Below, piece after piece: positions 46,100-56,271 of a DNA stretch of 64,000 nt. The position numbers were made by a program, and so were the translations under genes. The notes beneath the pieces are model-generated. The model was given only the letters and a program-made list of their open reading frames with translations, did not search any database and was not told the DNA's origin. Each line of letters starts with the position of its first letter. Position 1 is the stretch's first letter. Origin of the DNA: an uncultured Methylomirabilota bacterium (GTDB taxonomy: Bacteria > Methylomirabilota > Methylomirabilia > Methylomirabilales > 2-02-FULL-66-22); NCBI GenBank assembly GCA_963705305.1, contig OY970067.1, positions 5,581,312-5,645,311 of the forward strand, in the 5' to 3' direction.

Positions 46100-46834
46100 T
46101 TACTCGACCCGGACGACGGCCGCGGCCGGCAGCCGCGACAGGAGGGATTGCAGGCCGCGCTCGACCTCTTCCGCCCGGCGGGACTCAAGCGTGAGCATGA
46201 CAGTGTGGTCGGACGCATGCAGGACGGGGTACGAGCCGAGCCGCAGCCCCGGAACGTCCCGCAGGACCACCCGGAGATCCTCCGCAATCTCTCCTTCGTC
46301 GCACCGCAGGAACACGCGGCGCAGCACGTAGGGGACTCCCCGGAACCGCTCCCGGATCCACTCGAACTTCCGGCGCAGCGCCTCCGGGATGCCGGGAAAG
46401 AGATACACGTTTCCACACACGACCACCGGAAAGCTGAGCCCTTCGCCCCCCACGAGCTCGCTCCCTTCCGGAACTTCCGCCATCCTGAGCTGCGCCGGCG
46501 TGATTCCGGCCCCATAGTGCCGGCGCAGGACCGCCTCCAGAACGGGGTGGCGCACCACGGATCGTCCAAAGGCCTGCGCCACGGCCCCGATCGTGACGTC
46601 ATCGTGCGTCGGGCCGATCCCGCCCGTCGAAAAGACCAGGTCGTACGCGGCGGCCAGAGACCGGACCTCCGCGGCGATGGCCTCGGCCTCGTCCGGGACG
46701 GTGACGATCCGCCGGGTATCCACACCCAGGCGCCGCAACTCGTGAACCAGATACGGGGAATTCTGGTCGGCCACCTTGCCGCTGAGGATTTCATCCCCGA
46801 TGATCAGGATCGCCGCGGTCTGTGCCACGCCCAT
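46100..46834 (-). CDS. CinA-like molybdopterin-binding domain protein
   Basis: IIGDEILSGK, TGGIGPTHDDVT, FPGIPE. Confidence 0.88.
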   Translation of the reverse strand: MGVAQTAAILIIGDEILSGKVADQNSPYLVHELRRLGVDTRRIVTVPDEAEAIAAEVRSLAAAYDLVFSTGGIGPTHDDVTIGAVAQAFGRSVVRHPVLEAVLRRHYGAGITPAQLRMAEVPEGSELVGGEGLSFPVVVCGNVYLFPGIPEALRRKFEWIRERFRGVPYVLRRVFLRCDEGEIAEDLRVVLRDVPGLRLGSYPVLHASDHTVMLTLESRRAEEVERGLQSLLSRLPAAAVVRVE

Positions 46835-46869
46835 CTCCCGTTGCCCGGCCTCCCGCCCTTTCTCCTCCG

Positions 46870-47314
46870 TCAGAAATAGCTCGCCATCACCCGCGAGACC
46901 CACTCGGGCGTCCGAGGGGATTGCACCGTGTCGTACTCTGGGACGTAGGGCTTGAACGTCCACCACGGGGGTGCCGTTGATGGCATCCAGACCCTGGACG
47001 AACAGACGGTTCCCCTCGCGCCGGAGCAGCTTCACCGCCGTCACGCCGATGGGGTTTGGCCGGTGACGGGCTCGCTGGGCGAAGATGCCGACCTCCGGCA
47101 GATCCTGGCGCCCCCGGGGACGCCGGCGCATCCGCACCGGCTCGGCCTCGGCGGCCCGGTGCATCCAGTAGAGGATCAGGACGTGCGAGAACTCCTCGAT
47201 GCCGTCCAGGCCATCTGCCAGTGTCTCGTCAAGCACCACTTCGGAAACCACGGCCCCCCAGCCTTCGTCCGTCGGCTCCTTGACCTGATTGTAGACCACG
47301 CCGATCCATTCCAC
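46870..47314 (-). pseudogene. tsaA: TsaA/TrmO-like tRNA methyltransferase with one extra base near 46955
   Basis: GIFAQRARHRPNPIGVT, GLDAINGTPVVDV, then KPYVPEYD...PEWV...YF* in another frame; span is 3n+1. Confidence 0.8.
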
Positions 47315-47457
47315 GGAAGCTGCTCCTTTCTTCCCCCGGTCCCCTCCCGAGGGGGGCATCCGGAGCGGATCCGAAGGCGAACCATCAACGGCCGGGAGGC
47401 CTCCACTCCGGAGGAGATCCGATGGACCCGTCGGCGCTGCCCGGCAGAGTGGCGCCC

Positions 47458-48681
47458 CTACAAGCAGCAGCGCGCGAAGGCCGCCACGGCCTGCCGTGCC
47501 TGCTCCGTATCGGAAGGGAGGCCGGTGACGTTGAGCCGGCAGCGGCCCTCTGTAAAAACGGGGTAGAGGTGGGCGCCGTACAGCTCCCGGGCGGCGTCGG
47601 GTTTCGCTTTCGGGTTTCGGAACAACCCCGCATAGCGCTCCGAGAACAGTTCTGCGATCGGCGTGCCCCCGGCCAGCGCGCTCCACTGGGTCTCGGCCCC
47701 CGCACACCGGCGCAGTGCCGCCGCATGCTCCGCCTCGAGCCGGCCGCGGTCCTTGATCAGGGCCTTCACGAAGGCCCGCGTGACGGGATGCTCGAAAGAG
47801 CTTCCCCGCGCTCGGACGAGGGTCGTCAGCTTCTGCCCGACCGCCGCCCGGCTGGACGGGTCGGCCTGGAAGACGAGCAGCAGCCCGCAGGGGCGGAGCG
47901 CGAAGGCGACGAAAGCCTTGGTCGGGCTGATGGCCAAGGCGAACGGCACGCCCGCTTCGGCGAATGGCAGGACTTGCGCCCGGAAACTGTCCGCCATCAG
48001 CGCCGGATACGGCGTGCTGGCCACGCGCCGGGCGTACTCAAAGCCGGAATAGGCCCGATCCAGCACGACGAACGCGCCGGATGCGGCGGCGGCCTTTGCT
48101 CGGGCCTTCACCAGCTCGGCGGACGGCACCCGACCCGTCGTATTCATGGGACCCGCCTGGTAGACGGGCAGGACCCCTTCACCCGCGGCGAGGGCGTCGG
48201 CGGCAAACGTCTGAAACCGGAGCCGCGCGGACACCGCCACTGCGCGGTAGGCAGGCCAGCCCAGCTCCTCCACGGCCAGAGCGGAAAGGCCTTCCTTCAA
48301 CAGGGCCGCCGCCTGGACGGCCATCTGAACGGCGCCCGTCCCGGCGTCGGACGGCAGCAGCAGCTCGAAATGGGGCCAGAGGGATTCGGGCACTCCCTGC
48401 CAGCGCAGCACGGCTTCGGTCAGCTCTTGCTTGGCCGCATCCGAGTTCAAATAGGAGCCACTCCCGCTCTCCTGGAGCTCGCGCTGGACGTATTCCAGCA
48501 GCGTCGGCGAGGTGGGCAGCGGCTTTCCGTCGCCCCCCAGCAGGATGCCGATGCCGTAGTTCTTCCCCTGGGGGTCCCGCTTGCAGAGGATGCCGGCAAT
48601 CTGATTGGCGTCAAGCCCCGTCTCGCGCAGTCGCGCCGCTTCCGCGATCACCGCGTCACCGAAACTTTCCTGGGTCACCAT
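47458..48681 (-). CDS. PLP-dependent aminotransferase class I/II-like protein
   Basis: NYGIG, AGTGAV, PMNTTG, LDRAYSGF, SPTK; GGGAGG RBS. Confidence 0.75.
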   Translation of the reverse strand: MVTQESFGDAVIAEAARLRETGLDANQIAGILCKRDPQGKNYGIGILLGGDGKPLPTSPTLLEYVQRELQESGSGSYLNSDAAKQELTEAVLRWQGVPESLWPHFELLLPSDAGTGAVQMAVQAAALLKEGLSALAVEELGWPAYRAVAVSARLRFQTFAADALAAGEGVLPVYQAGPMNTTGRVPSAELVKARAKAAAASGAFVVLDRAYSGFEYARRVASTPYPALMADSFRAQVLPFAEAGVPFALAISPTKAFVAFALRPCGLLLVFQADPSSRAAVGQKLTTLVRARGSSFEHPVTRAFVKALIKDRGRLEAEHAAALRRCAGAETQWSALAGGTPIAELFSERYAGLFRNPKAKPDAARELYGAHLYPVFTEGRCRLNVTGLPSDTEQARQAVAAFARCCL

Positions 48682-48927
48682 TGTGCGATACCTCCCTTCG
48701 CGCCGGGGCGTTACCACGGAGCTGTGTTCGACGGCCATGCCTTCCCCCAAAATGTTCGGGCTACCCACACTCAAGCCGGAAGGAGCCGGAAACCTGCTGA
48801 GCAGGGTGGGTTCAGGCTCGACGCTCGCACGGGTAGGCCGGTTAGCCGCCGGAGCATACAACGAAATTCCGTTTCGGGACATGCGAAAGGCGCATCGGGG
48901 CCAGGCCAGGCCGCGAGGGCGCCGGCC

Positions 48928-49476
48928 TTACTCCAGCAGGCCGATCCGCCCCAACGGCCAGTAGCGCGCGAAAGCCTTGGCTACCAGCGCACTTCGCGGG
49001 ACGAACCCCCAGATGTGGGAATCGGAGCTCAGGTTCCGATTGTCGCCCAGGACGAACAGCATCCCGGGCGGCACGGGCGTGGGAGGCAGAGAGTACTGCG
49101 GGCGGTCCTTCAGGTACGGCTCGCCGAGCGGCACTCCGTTCACGATCACGCGGCCGTCACGGACCTCCACCACATCTCCCTCCATGCCAATGACGCGCTT
49201 GATCAGGTCGCCTGGCACCTGCGCGTTGGGGGGGGCCGAGAAGATCACGATGTCTTTGCGGTGGGGCTCGGCAAACCAGAACCAGAACTTGTTTCCCAGG
49301 ACACGGTCCCCGATCTCGAGCGTCGGCTCCATCGATCCCGATGGGATCACGAAGGCTTCCACCACCGCCGTCCGGATGCCAAGCGCCAGGAGCACGGCGA
49401 TGGCGAGGCTCTTTGCCCACTCCCAGGCCATCGCCCGTCCGCTCCGAGGACGAGAGCCTTTCGGCTGTCCCATCAC
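48928..49476 (-). CDS. lepB: Signal peptidase I
   Basis: IPSGSMEPTL, LIKRVIG, GDNRNLSSDSH. Confidence 0.95.
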   Translation of the reverse strand: MMGQPKGSRPRSGRAMAWEWAKSLAIAVLLALGIRTAVVEAFVIPSGSMEPTLEIGDRVLGNKFWFWFAEPHRKDIVIFSAPPNAQVPGDLIKRVIGMEGDVVEVRDGRVIVNGVPLGEPYLKDRPQYSLPPTPVPPGMLFVLGDNRNLSSDSHIWGFVPRSALVAKAFARYWPLGRIGLLE

Positions 49477-49874
49477 ATGCTCCTCTTCGCCGGCAGGGGG
49501 ATCCCGGCCCGCTCCAGGACCACCTCGCCGATCTTCTCATGAACCCCCAGGGGGGCGGTCACGCAGTACTCGACCCCCGGAAAGCCCTGCGCCGCCTCGG
49601 CCACCATCCGCGGAATGTCCGTGGTTGAATGGCGACCCGGCGAGAGGAAGTAGGGATGGACGACCACCGCCGTCGCCCCCTCTCGGACGCAGGCGGCGAA
49701 ACCTTGTTCAATCGTCGGCTCGACCAGCTCCATGTGGGCGTACTGGACGCACTCCAGCCCCCCCTGTGCCTTCACCATGCCCGCCACGCAGGCCAGCATG
49801 TCGTTGGCCTCCTGGAATCGGCTCCCGTGGTCCACCAGCAGAAGGGCGATCTTCCTCTTTTCCTGGGCAGGCAT
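49473..49874 (-). CDS. CbiX/SirB single-domain chelatase-like protein
   Basis: VDHGSR, HMELVEPTI, PYFLSPGRH, PLGVH. Confidence 0.88.
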   Translation of the reverse strand: MPAQEKRKIALLLVDHGSRFQEANDMLACVAGMVKAQGGLECVQYAHMELVEPTIEQGFAACVREGATAVVVHPYFLSPGRHSTTDIPRMVAEAAQGFPGVEYCVTAPLGVHEKIGEVVLERAGIPLPAKRSM

Positions 49875-49924
49875 CGGGCGCACCTCTCGGCGAATCTGAC
49901 GGTCGCGGCGAGCCTCCCGCCGGA

Positions 49925-50497
49925 TCATGACAGCCGGGCCCGGAGGTCGGCCAGGCGGGCCGCGAATTCCGCCTCGCCGAGGACGGGCGCGCACCCGGCC
50001 GTGTCGAGCGGCTCATCCAGCTCCACCCAGGAGACGCACCCGTCGTACCATGGGCTGGCTTTCAGGCAGAAGGCTTCCGGCCGGCGGCGAACCCGGAGGG
50101 CCAGTACGTGCACCCCCGGCTTGTTGCGGTAGTGGAACCGAGAAGTCACGCAATCCCAGGAAAGGATGTGCAGGCCGTCCAGGGCGCGCAGGCGATCGAG
50201 GTCGGTCACCCGCACCACCTCTTCCACGGTTGCGTACAGCTGTACCTCCAGTGAGCCGGCCGGCGGCTGGGCCGACTGTACGGCCTCGAACTCCGCCTGA
50301 ACGGCGGATACGAGATCTCCCGCGCGTTGGTGGACATAGGTCGGGAACAGCCAGAAGTCCCGGTGCACCACCTCAAAGCCGTTCTTGATCTCCTCGATGC
50401 CGCCCTTTCGGAGCAACAGGATCTGCCGCCCGTCGGCCAGGGCACGGCACACGATGGCCCATTCTTTCAGGGCTGCCTTGGTCTGTGCCACAGCCAT
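49925..50497 (-). CDS. DUF1802-family protein
   Basis: ALKEWA, LLRKGGIEE, FPTYVHQ, YDGCVSWV. Confidence 0.85.
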   Translation of the reverse strand: MAVAQTKAALKEWAIVCRALADGRQILLLRKGGIEEIKNGFEVVHRDFWLFPTYVHQRAGDLVSAVQAEFEAVQSAQPPAGSLEVQLYATVEEVVRVTDLDRLRALDGLHILSWDCVTSRFHYRNKPGVHVLALRVRRRPEAFCLKASPWYDGCVSWVELDEPLDTAGCAPVLGEAEFAARLADLRARLS

Positions 50498-50688
50498 GGT
50501 TTCTCTCATGGAGGCCAGCTGCATGGGAACGCCCCCGGCCGGCCGGGGGAACATCGCGCGCCTGGGGCCGGCGCAGCCCGTATTATAGGGGACGAACCGC
50601 CGATCGCAAAGCGCGTCCCGCCCCTCCAGACGGAGTGCCGCGGCCGGATCACCGCGGCCCCCCGCCGGCTTCGGTCGCTTTCCGTATC

Positions 50689-51456
50689 TCACTCCAGACC
50701 GAATCCTTGCTGCCTGAGCACCCCCCGCAGGTCCGTCCGCGCCGCCTGTGCCAGCCGCCGCGCCGTGTGCTCCAGCCACCCGTAGTCCTCCATCCGGTCC
50801 GGCTTCCTCGGAACGGGCACCTGGCGGCCTTCGTAGATGCCCGTCGCCACCATCGTCCGGTCATAGTCGTGCAGTTCGCTGTCTTTGTGGTTGGGGTCGT
50901 ATGTCTCCCAGTGCAGGACGGCGGAGGGGGCCAGGCGCGGCCGGACGATGGGACGCGCGGCGGGCCTGCCGACGGTCATCCCGACGACCGGAAAGACCAG
51001 GCGCGGGAGCTTCAGCAGATCGATGACCGCCTGGGTGTTGTTGCGGATGCTGCCCAGGTAGCAGATCCCCAGGCCGAGGGACTCGGCGGCCAGGGCGGCG
51101 TTCTGGGCGGCGATGCCGACATCCAGGACGCAGATCAGAAAATTCTCGACGTAGGCCGTGACCTGGGTGTACCCGCGCAGCTCACAGGCTCGGTCCAGGC
51201 GTCGGAGGTCGGCGCACCAGACCAGGACGACCGGCGCCTGGGCGACGTGCTCCTGCTTGCCGCAGATCTCCGACAAGCGGGCCCGGGTTGCGGCATCCCT
51301 CACGGCCACGACGCTCACCACCTGCATATTCGACGACGTGGAGGCGCGCTGTGCGGCGACGACCAGGGTCTCGATCGCCTCCTGCGAGACCGCATCCGGC
51401 CGGTACTTTCTGGCAGAGCCGTGCTGGTGAATGAGCTCGATGATCGGTGTGTGCAT
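50689..51456 (-). CDS. NfsA/NfrA-like NADPH-dependent nitroreductase
   Basis: ASTSSNMQ, AAESLGLGICYLGSIRN, RPRL...HWETY. Confidence 0.9.
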   Translation of the reverse strand: MHTPIIELIHQHGSARKYRPDAVSQEAIETLVVAAQRASTSSNMQVVSVVAVRDAATRARLSEICGKQEHVAQAPVVLVWCADLRRLDRACELRGYTQVTAYVENFLICVLDVGIAAQNAALAAESLGLGICYLGSIRNNTQAVIDLLKLPRLVFPVVGMTVGRPAARPIVRPRLAPSAVLHWETYDPNHKDSELHDYDRTMVATGIYEGRQVPVPRKPDRMEDYGWLEHTARRLAQAARTDLRGVLRQQGFGLE

Positions 51457-51989
51457 GGTCGCTCCTTGGCTGATGAGGGATGAGCAGGGACCGCCTTCGC
51501 CCGGAAAAACGGCCTGGGGCTCCCGGCACCCGCACGCAGCCGTCGAGACCCCGACCGCCCCCGCCGCAATGTGCCGGGGTTCGGGAGTCCTCCCGGGATG
51601 GATTCCGAATGCAGCGAGGCTACCAGGAGCGCCGACAGCCGTCAACCGGGCGGTCCCAGCAGCCGCCATCTTCGTTCTCCCGCGGCCGCGGGGGCCTTTC
51701 CGGAGTCAGGCCAAGCCCGCCTTTCGCGGGACTAGCACGCCACGCAGCGGAGATGCGTCTTCTCCTCCTGCCGGATGGTCCACAGGGGACACAGGGAGAA
51801 GGGAAAACTTTGCCACGGCCGGGCCGGAAGTCCGCCCTCGGGCCTCGGGGGATCTGCGGACCAGTTGCGGGATACGCTCCGTTTCGGGGGCGGTTCTTAT
51901 TCGCGGTTGATTTCCTCCCTCATAGCCAAGTAGAATGCCGCCCGTTCGAGGTGCGCGTGGTGTTTTCTGCACTCAGAAGGAGTCTTGAA

Positions 51990-52805
51990 TTGAGCCAACA
52001 GCAGCAGGCGACGCTTCACGGGTGGGGATTAATCCTGGGCGCCTCCAGCGGCTTCGGGGAGGCCACCAGTCTGGAGCTGGCGAGGCGCGGCTTGAACATC
52101 TTCGGGGTCCATCTGGACCGCAAGGCCACGCTGGAGAACGTGGAGCGTATCACGGCTGAGATCAAAGGCATGGGGCGCCAGACGGTCTTCTTCAACGTGA
52201 ACGCCTCCGATGCCGAGAAGCGGCAGGAGGTGCTGAGCCAGATCGACCGGCTCCTCGCGGAGCGCGGCGAGCCCGGGGCGGTGACCGTTTTGCTCCACTC
52301 GCTGGCCTTCGGGGCGCTCCGGCCGTACATCACCGAGGATCCCAAGGAGGCCTTGACGCAGTCCCAGATGGAGATGACGCTGGACGTCATGGCCAACAGC
52401 CTGGTGTATTGGGTCCAGGATGTGGTGCGGCGGAAGCTGATGGGGGCTGGGGGCAGGATCTTCGCCATGACCAGCTCGGGCGGAACCCACGTGTGGCCGT
52501 CGTATGGGGCGGTTTCGGCCGCCAAGGCCGCCCTGGAGTCCCATATCCGCCAGCTGGCCTTCGAGCTGGCGCCGCTTCGGATCAGCGCTAACTCCATCCG
52601 TGCCGGCGTGACCGATACACCCGCCCTCCGCAAAATCCCCGGCAACGAGAACCTCATTCGCGGCGCGCTGACCAAGAATCCCCACGGCCGCCTCACCACC
52701 CCCGAGGATGTTGCCGCCGCCATTGCGACGCTCTGCGCCGAGGGGACCCACTGGATCACCGGGAACGTCATCGGCACGGATGGCGGGGAAGACCTCACAG
52801 GATAG
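51990..52805 (+). CDS. SDR oxidoreductase, FabL-like enoyl-ACP reductase
   Basis: GASSGFG; YGAVSAAKAALE (Yx6K); TDTPAL..IPG; TTG start with AAGGAG. Confidence 0.85.
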   Translation: MSQQQQATLHGWGLILGASSGFGEATSLELARRGLNIFGVHLDRKATLENVERITAEIKGMGRQTVFFNVNASDAEKRQEVLSQIDRLLAERGEPGAVTVLLHSLAFGALRPYITEDPKEALTQSQMEMTLDVMANSLVYWVQDVVRRKLMGAGGRIFAMTSSGGTHVWPSYGAVSAAKAALESHIRQLAFELAPLRISANSIRAGVTDTPALRKIPGNENLIRGALTKNPHGRLTTPEDVAAAIATLCAEGTHWITGNVIGTDGGEDLTG

Positions 52806-52984
52806 GCCATCGCCGACACTCCGTTCTGCCGCTCGTCGTCGCGCTTTCCCGCCTGTCCGGACAGGACTCGTATCCGCTCCCGACGATCGCCAGCTGCTCG
52901 ACGCGCCGCGGCCCGCGGACCATTCAGATCCGCGGGCCGTTGCAGTGCTCCGCTCCCTTGGAGAACGGCAGGCTCGGCTGCCGG

Positions 52985-53629
52985 TCAGGCGGATCCGGCA
53001 GGCCTCGCGCTAGCTGCCGCCAGCCCCGCAGCGCTTAGGATGGTAGACGCCACCGTCTCCTCCCCCAGGGTCGAGCTGATCATGAGATCGTAGAGGTGGG
53101 GGTCCTGCCGATCCTGGTGGAAGTACCGACGGGTGAAGGCGGCCCGCTGCTGATCGACCTCGCGAATGTCCGCCTCGATGTCCCTGTCGTCCCCGAACGC
53201 TGCGCGGGCCCGAGTGATCCGCTCCCGCCACGGGGCGTAGACGAAGACGTGGAGCGCATCATCGCGCTCCTGAAGGATGCATTGTCCGCCTCTCCCCACG
53301 ATGACGCAATTCCCGATCGTCGCCGCTTCCGTGATCACCTGCCGCGCGAGAATCGCCATTCTTTCGCAGTCAAAATAATCGGCCGTCGTGGCGAAACCCA
53401 CTCCCTCAAAGGCCCCCTTCGTGAAGCCGTGCTTCATCAGCCGATACCCCCAGGAGTCGACGCGTTCGTCATGCTCTTGGGCCACGCTGGAATCCACCTG
53501 CGCCGCCCGGGCGATCTCGCCGATCAGCGCCTTGTCGAGCAGTCTCCACCCCAGCCGCTCTGCCACCAGCGCTCCGATCCGTGCTCCACCGCTTCCATAC
53601 TCCCGGGCAATAGTGATCACACGAATCAT
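52985..53629 (-). CDS. Cytidylate kinase-like family protein
   Basis: ITIAREYGSGG; CVIVGRGG; YDLMISS. Confidence 0.9.
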   Translation of the reverse strand: MIRVITIAREYGSGGARIGALVAERLGWRLLDKALIGEIARAAQVDSSVAQEHDERVDSWGYRLMKHGFTKGAFEGVGFATTADYFDCERMAILARQVITEAATIGNCVIVGRGGQCILQERDDALHVFVYAPWRERITRARAAFGDDRDIEADIREVDQQRAAFTRRYFHQDRQDPHLYDLMISSTLGEETVASTILSAAGLAAASARPAGSA

Positions 53630-53785
53630 GGCCGCTCCTCCCATAGATGAACGACCAACCCACCCGGGTTTATTTGCATTCTGGGGGCCAGGTGCCTCCC
53701 GCGCTGACCCGCGCAACTTTCTGATTATTATGGGCGCGCATCTGTTCTTTCCGCCGACCCATTGCATTCGTGGGGCATTCTGTCC

Positions 53786-53984
53786 CTAGCAGGGTACTAA
53801 AAAACCCGCTTTCCCCCAGGCTGCTCAAAAAGGCCCAGATGCAAGGCGGCGTCACCCATCCCTCGGGATGGGTACCCGGGGCCGAGCACCCGCCACTGGC
53901 AGGTCAAGGCGTACTTCCGGTACGCCGCAGCGAGCGCCCGAGCGCGCCAACGAAGCGGATGGGCCTTTTTCAGCAGCCTGCTAG
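53786..53984. mobile_element. MITE-like element, family 1, copy B
   Basis: CTAGCAGGGTACTAAAAAA...AGGCTGCTCAAAAAGG...GGCGTACTTCCGGTACGCCGCAGCGAG...TTTTTCAGCAGCCTGCTAG, shared with copy A. Confidence 0.8.
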
Positions 53985-54142
53985 GAGAATCAAGAAATGG
54001 GGCGGGGAGTTACGTGATCATGAGGAAGGCAGGATGACGCACAGATGGAGGAACCACCCACCCTGGAGCCGGCCTTGCGAATCCGCAAGGCCCGTTCGGC
54101 TCCAGGGCAGGTACGTATCCGATCAACGGAGGCCGGGCTGTG

Positions 54143-54574
54143 TTATTGCGCAGGAGGCGCCGTTCGAGTTGGCGGCGCCGCTTGGGCAGGTGGTGCTGTC
54201 TGCGGAACCACCTTCAACCATCCGCTCGGACAGGTATTAACGTACGGATAGTAGGCCTTGGATTCCTGGCAATAGTACCAGTAATTCTCAGGCGGGGATT
54301 GCGGTGCCTGCTGGATATAGACAGGCGGATTCGGCTGTACCACCACGGGCGGCTGGGCATAATCATAATATGGATAGTAGGGGGATCCCCAAGGACCCCA
54401 CCAGTACGGACCCGGGCCCCACCAGCCGCCCGGGCCGATATAGACCCCCACTCCGCCGTGTGAATGCCACCCACCGCGATACCCACCGTGATCCCATGCA
54501 GAGGCAGGAAGCGCGGTGCTCAAGAGCAAAATAAGCACGGCCAGGATCGCATAAACGGTCTTTTTCATGTTCAT
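54143..54574 (-). CDS. Secreted Gly/Pro/Tyr-rich protein
   Basis: Signal peptide; YWYYCQESKAYYPYVNTCPSGWLKV motif. Confidence 0.8.
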   Translation of the reverse strand: MNMKKTVYAILAVLILLLSTALPASAWDHGGYRGGWHSHGGVGVYIGPGGWWGPGPYWWGPWGSPYYPYYDYAQPPVVVQPNPPVYIQQAPQSPPENYWYYCQESKAYYPYVNTCPSGWLKVVPQTAPPAQAAPPTRTAPPAQ

Positions 54575-55002
54575 GGGATCTTTCCTCCTCTCCCCGGCGG
54601 CCCCGAGGGGCCATGCCCAGCCCGGCGTGATGTCTGGGGGTTATTATAGTGCCCCAACGGGGGCGCGGCAAATGACCGGTGTCACACGTCGCCCCACTTT
54701 CTTGGCTACCCAGTATTACGGGGGGAAGAGCCGAAGCGTTTCGGAGGCCTTCGGTTGGACGAATCGATAGCCCGCCAGGAATCCCACAATAACCGCCCGC
54801 TCGATCCTCCCGGCTCTGCCGCCCCTCGCGGTGGCACGAGGCAGGCCTCCGGAACCCATCGGCACGCTCGCAGGTTCGAGCCCTGCCCGGCTCCCCAAGC
54901 GGGGCGAATGTCTAGCCGTTGCACAAAGGTGTTGAAGCAGCGCTCAAAGGGACGCAACTCCGCAACAGCAATACGTCACGAGTGAATGGTTGTGCGGCCA
55001 AC

Positions 55003-55308
55003 CTAATTATGAGCGATTTGTTTGAGGAGAACGGGTAACACTTCCTTGTTTTGGGTGATAGTGATCACCCCCTTGCTCTGTAACCAGGTCTCGACCGCCA
55101 GCCGCCGGGCGGTTTCGGTTTGGCGTGGGGTGGGAACCGCCTGGGTCTGGACGAGCGCCCGGGTCAGGGCGTCGATCTCCTCGAAGATCTCCCTCCGCTT
55201 GCGGCGAGTATACGCCTGCAGCGCTCGCCGCGCATCCTGGAACACCTGGCAGGCCATGCGCCCCTTGAGACAGCGGCGGGGGCGATGGTTCAGGTCGTGC
55301 GCCAACAC
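55003..55308 (-). CDS. Hypothetical protein (about 100 aa)
   Basis: Helical composition; GGAG before the GTG start; no recognisable motif. Confidence 0.45.
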   Translation of the reverse strand: MLAHDLNHRPRRCLKGRMACQVFQDARRALQAYTRRKRREIFEEIDALTRALVQTQAVPTPRQTETARRLAVETWLQSKGVITITQNKEVLPVLLKQIAHN

Positions 55309-55584
55309 CTCCGCACCGCCTTGCGCCGGGTCTCAAACGGGTAGGCGTACGCGTGCGGCCGCCCCACCCGCCGTGTTCCCTTCCGCGGGGCGGGGTTCCT
55401 CTTCCTCTTTCCTCCCGCCTTGCCGATCCTCTCCATGGGTCACACTCCTTTCGGGTCCTTCGGGGACCCTCGGTGCCGGAGTGTTACCCATTTTCCTCAC
55501 GGGTTTTCGCTCAAGATCTGGTCGTTAGCCCAGCTGTCAATGCGTGCGTAGGGCCAACGTTAAACAGTCCCCCGTTCCAGTAAC

Positions 55585-55805
55585 CTAGCCGTTCACCCAG
55601 GGTGTTGATCTCTCGAGTTGGTCGGCCGATGGCAAAGGAGAAATGGCAGTCTTTATCGAGGGTTTTGTTGATCTTGGTCGACTGGGTGAGCGTCGGAGGG
55701 TGGAGAAGAATTCTTGCGGAGATTACAACTCCGCTTTGGTCAATTATTTCGCGGTCTTATCATCGCATGAGCGCGTCATTTTCAACACCTTTGGTGAACG
55801 CCTAG
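55585..55805. mobile_element. MITE-like element, family 2
   Basis: CTAGCCGTTCACCCAGGGTGTTGA ... TCAACACCTTTGGTGAACGCCTAG (21/24 inverted match); AT-richer interior. Confidence 0.7.
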
Positions 55806-56271
55806 TCCAGTAACACGGGGGGCTACGGATACAAGACCAGGGAGGGGTGAGGTCCGGTCCGAAAAGGGGGGTACTGCCGACCAGGGCCGGGCGGAGATCG
55901 GGCAAGCTGAGCCAACGTCGCCCGCCGAAGTCTCTCCCGGCGGGCCTCCTCGCGGCCATGCCACGGTCGGCCCGCTTCAGGGTCCACCTGACAACAGGGC
56001 CACCGCTTTCCCTGACTACCAAGGTGCCGGCGTCGGCGGCAAGTGTCAGCAAATACCGCCCGCGGCCTCCCCAGGAGGGCCGGCCGTCCGGAAGCGCCCG
56101 CGCCAGAACCCACACCCGTCCGCGGCCCTCTTGGCCCGCTCTTCCTGTCTTCCTGTGCGCGGGAGGGAGTGGCGCGGGTGCGGCACCTCCTGCCCTGCGG
56201 GAGGCCGATCATCGGGACCCCTTGCCCCGCCGGACGGTGGTGGGGTCGCCCGGGCGCGCCCCAGGAGCCCG

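Noticed and set aside
46100..47707. 535-aa novel fusion protein
   Set aside because: Explained by a single-base frameshift in tsaA plus an upstream extension overlapping the aminotransferase gene
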